Assembly: GCA_030264375.1 (NCBI GenBank)
Contig: JASCQW010000128.1
Location: 12,334,333-12,398,332, forward strand
DNA length: 64,000 nucleotides
Source: Carcharhinus longimanus
Taxonomy: Eukaryota
Direction of reading: 5' to 3'
Below, in pieces: positions 60,373 through 64,000 of the stretch. The notes beneath the pieces are model-generated. The model had not been told where the DNA came from, ran no database searches, and saw only the letters and a list, made by a program, of their open reading frames with translations. The position numbers were made by a program, and so were the translations under genes. Numbering within the stretch: position 1 is the first letter of the stretch; the number at the start of each line of letters is the position of its first letter.

Positions 60373-61611
60373 ATTTTACTGAGTTACTGCAGGATTTGAC
60401 CCAGTGTTAAATCCCCTGCCATTCACAGACTTGCAAACTGTAAGCCAGTATTGCAGGGGAGACACCCAGTTGACGTTTTTTGTGACATTTGGGTGAGTCA
60501 GATAGTTGTGTTTAAACTAATGCTCAGAACAATACTGAGTGCAAATGAAAACTTGCAGTTTGAAAGATGAATGACGCAATGGAAATGCGCTTTCATATCA
60601 GTGGCTTCCCAAAGCCTACTCGAGTTATGGACGAAGGTGACTGTGATCATTGCATCACTTGTTAAGAGAGGATGCCACTGAGAGAATTCTCATGTTTTAA
60701 TGCTTTTCCTGTTCCTCTAGCTTACACGGTTGCAAGTTCCGGTTTAGTCTGGGGTTCTTGACTGCGCACTCACAGCCAAGAGAGGCGATCAGCCTTTTGA
60801 TCCATCGGACCTTACCACTCTGGCAACTCAGTCATCCAGTATCTCATCCAATTATGATACTACAAAGAGATTGAGGGGATTATATCCGTGTAGATTGTGC
60901 TACTCTAAGAAGAGCTAGGTTGAGTGGGGAATTACACTGGTAATCTTACCCAACAATGCATTACTGCTGTTGGTGAATCACGGTTACAAGAGATTCCAGA
61001 GGAAGTTGTATCCTGTGCCCTAAACTCCAGACAAAACAAAGTAGTGCGTTAGAGAGTCACAGCATGGAAACAGGCCCTTCGGCGCAACTTGCCCACGCCA
61101 TTCCTTTTTTTTAAATGACTAAGCTAATCCCAATTGTCCGTGTTTGGCCCATACCCTTCTATATCCATTTTACCCATCCAAGTAACATTGGAGTGGGGGA
61201 TATTTATTTCTAAGCAATCAGGCTTATGATGTTACTTTACCTGAAACATAAAGAGAATCTCCTCTTGTGCAATTTATAATTTTTGTAATGGAGAGGAATT
61301 GAAGAAGTCAGGGAAGGAAAAGCACTTGAAAAAATTATGGGTTAGGATGTCCATGCAGGTTCCCTGATCTCCCACTGGAAGGAGGGCAGAAATCCCANNN
61401 NNNNNNNNNNNNNNNNNNNNNNNNNNNNNNNNNNNNNNNNNNNNNNNNNNNNNNNNNNNNNNNNNNNNNNNNNNNNNNNNNNNNNNNNNNNNNNNNNGAA
61501 ATCCCACAGCACAAATAGTATTCCCATTTTTACAGCGTTTTCACCAAGAGAGATTAGAAGAAGTCAGTTGTCAAAATGAATTATGCATTCAGCTGCCTTG
61601 TGCATTTTCTT

Positions 61612-63930
61612 ACAGAATAGAAGCAGAATTAGCTCCCCTCAGCCCTCGAGCCAGCTCCATCATTCAATAAGATCATGGCTTATCAAGACTGCATCTACCT
61701 CTGCCTTAAAAATATGTAAAGACTCTGCTTTCACTTCATGAAGAGGGTTCCAAAGACTGAGGGCCCTCTGATTTCTCCTATTCTTTGAATTAAATGGGTG
61801 ACACCCTATTTTTAAATAATCACTCCTGTTTCTAGATTCTCCCACAAGAAGAAACAATCTTTCCACATCCACGGTATTATGACTTCTCAGGACTTTGTAT
61901 GTTTTAATAAAGTTGCCTCCTGCTCTTCTAAACTCCAGTGGATATAAGCCTACCCATCCAACCGTTCCTCATACAGCCCACCCACTCCTGTTCTTAATCC
62001 AATCAACCTTCTCTGAATTGCTTCCAAAGCATTTACATCCTTAAGTAAAGTGACCAATACTGCACACAGCACTCCAAATGTGGTCTCACTAGCGCTGTAC
62101 ATAACTGAAGCATAACCTCCCTACTTTAATATTTGCAATATATGATAACTTTCCGATTCCTTGCTACACCTGCATACGAGCTTTTTGTGATTCATGGACT
62201 AAGACACCCAGATTCCTCTGAATCTCAGAATTCTGCAGTCTCTTACTATTTTGATAATATGCTTCTATTTCATTCTTCCTGCCAAAATGAATAATTTTCC
62301 TTTTTCCCCATTTAATATTCCATTTGCAAGAACTTTGCAACTCACTCACATATATCAATTTTTAGCCTCCTTATATCCTTTTTGACAACTTACTTTGTGT
62401 CATCAGCAAATTCAGCAACCATACCTTTGCTCCCATCATCCAAATAATTTATGCAGGTTGCGATTCCAGCACTGATCCCTGTGGCACACCATTCACTACA
62501 TCTTGTCAACCTGAAAATGACCCATTTATGCCTCCGTTTCCCATTAACTAGCTAATCTTCTGTCCATGCCAATATGTTCACAAAATTGTTATGGTGTAGT
62601 GGACAGCCATTCACCCCATCATGTCTGCACTCTCCAAATGAGCATTATGAGTTAAAATGCCCCTGCAACAGGAGCTTTTATTTCCTGCAATAACCTTTGA
62701 TGAGGCAACCTATCAAATACCTAAGTACACTATCCACTAGAACCCCTTTATCCATAGCAGATGTTACTTCTTGAAAGGAGTCCAATGAATTGATTAAATG
62801 TGATTTCCCTTTCACCAAACCATATTGACTCTTCCTGGTTACTTTAGAGTTTTCTAAGTGACCTGCCACAACATAATAGCTTCTAACATTTTCCCTATGA
62901 CAGATGTCAAAATAACTGGCCTGTAGTTTCTTGCTTTCTGTCCCATTTCCTTTTTAAATAATGAGGTTACATTTGCTATTTTCCAATCTCATAGAATCTT
63001 CACAGAATCTTGGAAATTTTGGAAAATTTAAACCAATTATCAACTATCTCACTAGTCACTTCTTTAAGACCCTAGGATGAAATCCATCAGGATCTGAGGA
63101 CTTGTCAGCCCACAACTCCAACAATTTACTCAGAATCACAGAATCCTAGTTTGGAAGAGACCCTTCAGCCCGTTGAGTCTGCACCAACGAATGAAAGACC
63201 CTGACCTGCCTTCCTAATCCTATTTGCCAGCACTTGGCCCATAGCCTTGAATGTTATGGCGTGCCAAATACTCATCCAGGTACTTTTTAAAGGATGTGAG
63301 GCAATTCGCTTCCACCACCCTCCCACTATCACTCAGTACCACTTCTCTGATGATTGTAATTTTCTTGAGTTCCTCCCTCTCTTCGATCTGATATACTGCT
63401 ATTTCTAGTGTGTTACTTGAATTCTCTGTAGTGAAGACCAATGCAAAATAACTGTTCAATGCATCTGCCATCTGCTTATTTATTCTCCAGACTCGCTTTC
63501 TGTTGGACCAACACTCACTTTATTAACTCTTTTACTTTTTAAATATTTATAGAATCTCTATTTCGTTTTACACTTCCAGCTAGTGTTCCCTTGTACTCTT
63601 AATTTTTCTCTCCTTATGGACCTTTTAGTCCTGTCTTTGGAATTTTTCTTTCCCATTGGAATGCATCCAGTCAGTGTATTCTGAAATAACCCCCTAAATG
63701 TGTGCCAATGCATTGCTGTTGACCTATCCCTTAACCTAATTTACCAGTTCACTTTAGCAAGCTCTGCATTCATATTCTCATAATTGTCCTTACTTAAATT
63801 TAAATTACTAGACTTAGGCCTGCTCCTGTATTCTTAAAACTGAATGTAAAATTCAATCATATTATGATAACTGATACTGGGGTTCTCTTTCATTATGAAG
63901 TAATGAATTAATTCCATCTCGTTGCACAAT
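61612..63930 (-). mobile_element. Long decayed CR1 LINE ORF2 fragment with 3' tail
   Basis: - strand ORFs MADALNSYFALVFT, RKSQYGLVKGKSHLINSLDSFQEVT, KIIHFGRKN...RNLGVLVHESQKA and DVERLFLLVGESRNR appear in CR1 order. The tail lies near 61612-61680. Confidence 0.92.
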
Positions 63931-64000
63931 ATTGTGTGCACTTCTGGTCACCTCACTATAAGAAGGATGTGGAAGCATTGGAGAGAGTGCAGAGGAGATT

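Noticed and set aside
1-64000. Prokaryotic features (CRISPR arrays, operons, defence systems)
   Set aside because: No regularly spaced direct repeats or dense ORFs. The window is a spliced vertebrate gene with repeat-rich introns.

Overview
Eukaryotic (vertebrate) genomic DNA from a draft assembly with many N gaps. The repeat content (HE1-like V-SINEs, SacSINE1-like Deu-SINEs, CR1 tails) points to a shark or other elasmobranch. The window holds the 3' part of CARD11 (CARMA1) on the + strand. I read 15 GT-AG coding exons from 242 to the stop at 60372. They splice in one continuous frame (1965 nt, 654 aa plus stop) and encode the PKC-regulated linker, PDZ, SH3 and GUK domains, matching human exons ~11-25. 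The introns are filled with mobile elements: V-SINEs with two different tails, Deu-SINEs, CR1/L2 fragments, decayed Harbinger transposase and Myb/SANT ORFs with many MITEs, and Penelope-like pieces. The most notable observations are (i) a U1+U2 snRNA chimeric SINEU-like element at 9392-9662, (ii) fold-back Penelope-type mini-elements with long target-site duplications carrying minimal hammerhead ribozyme cores, two of them in the sense of the CARD11 pre-mRNA, and (iii) a candidate alternative terminal exon that would give a GUK-less CARD11. All homology statements come from manual reading against remembered sequences, not database searches.
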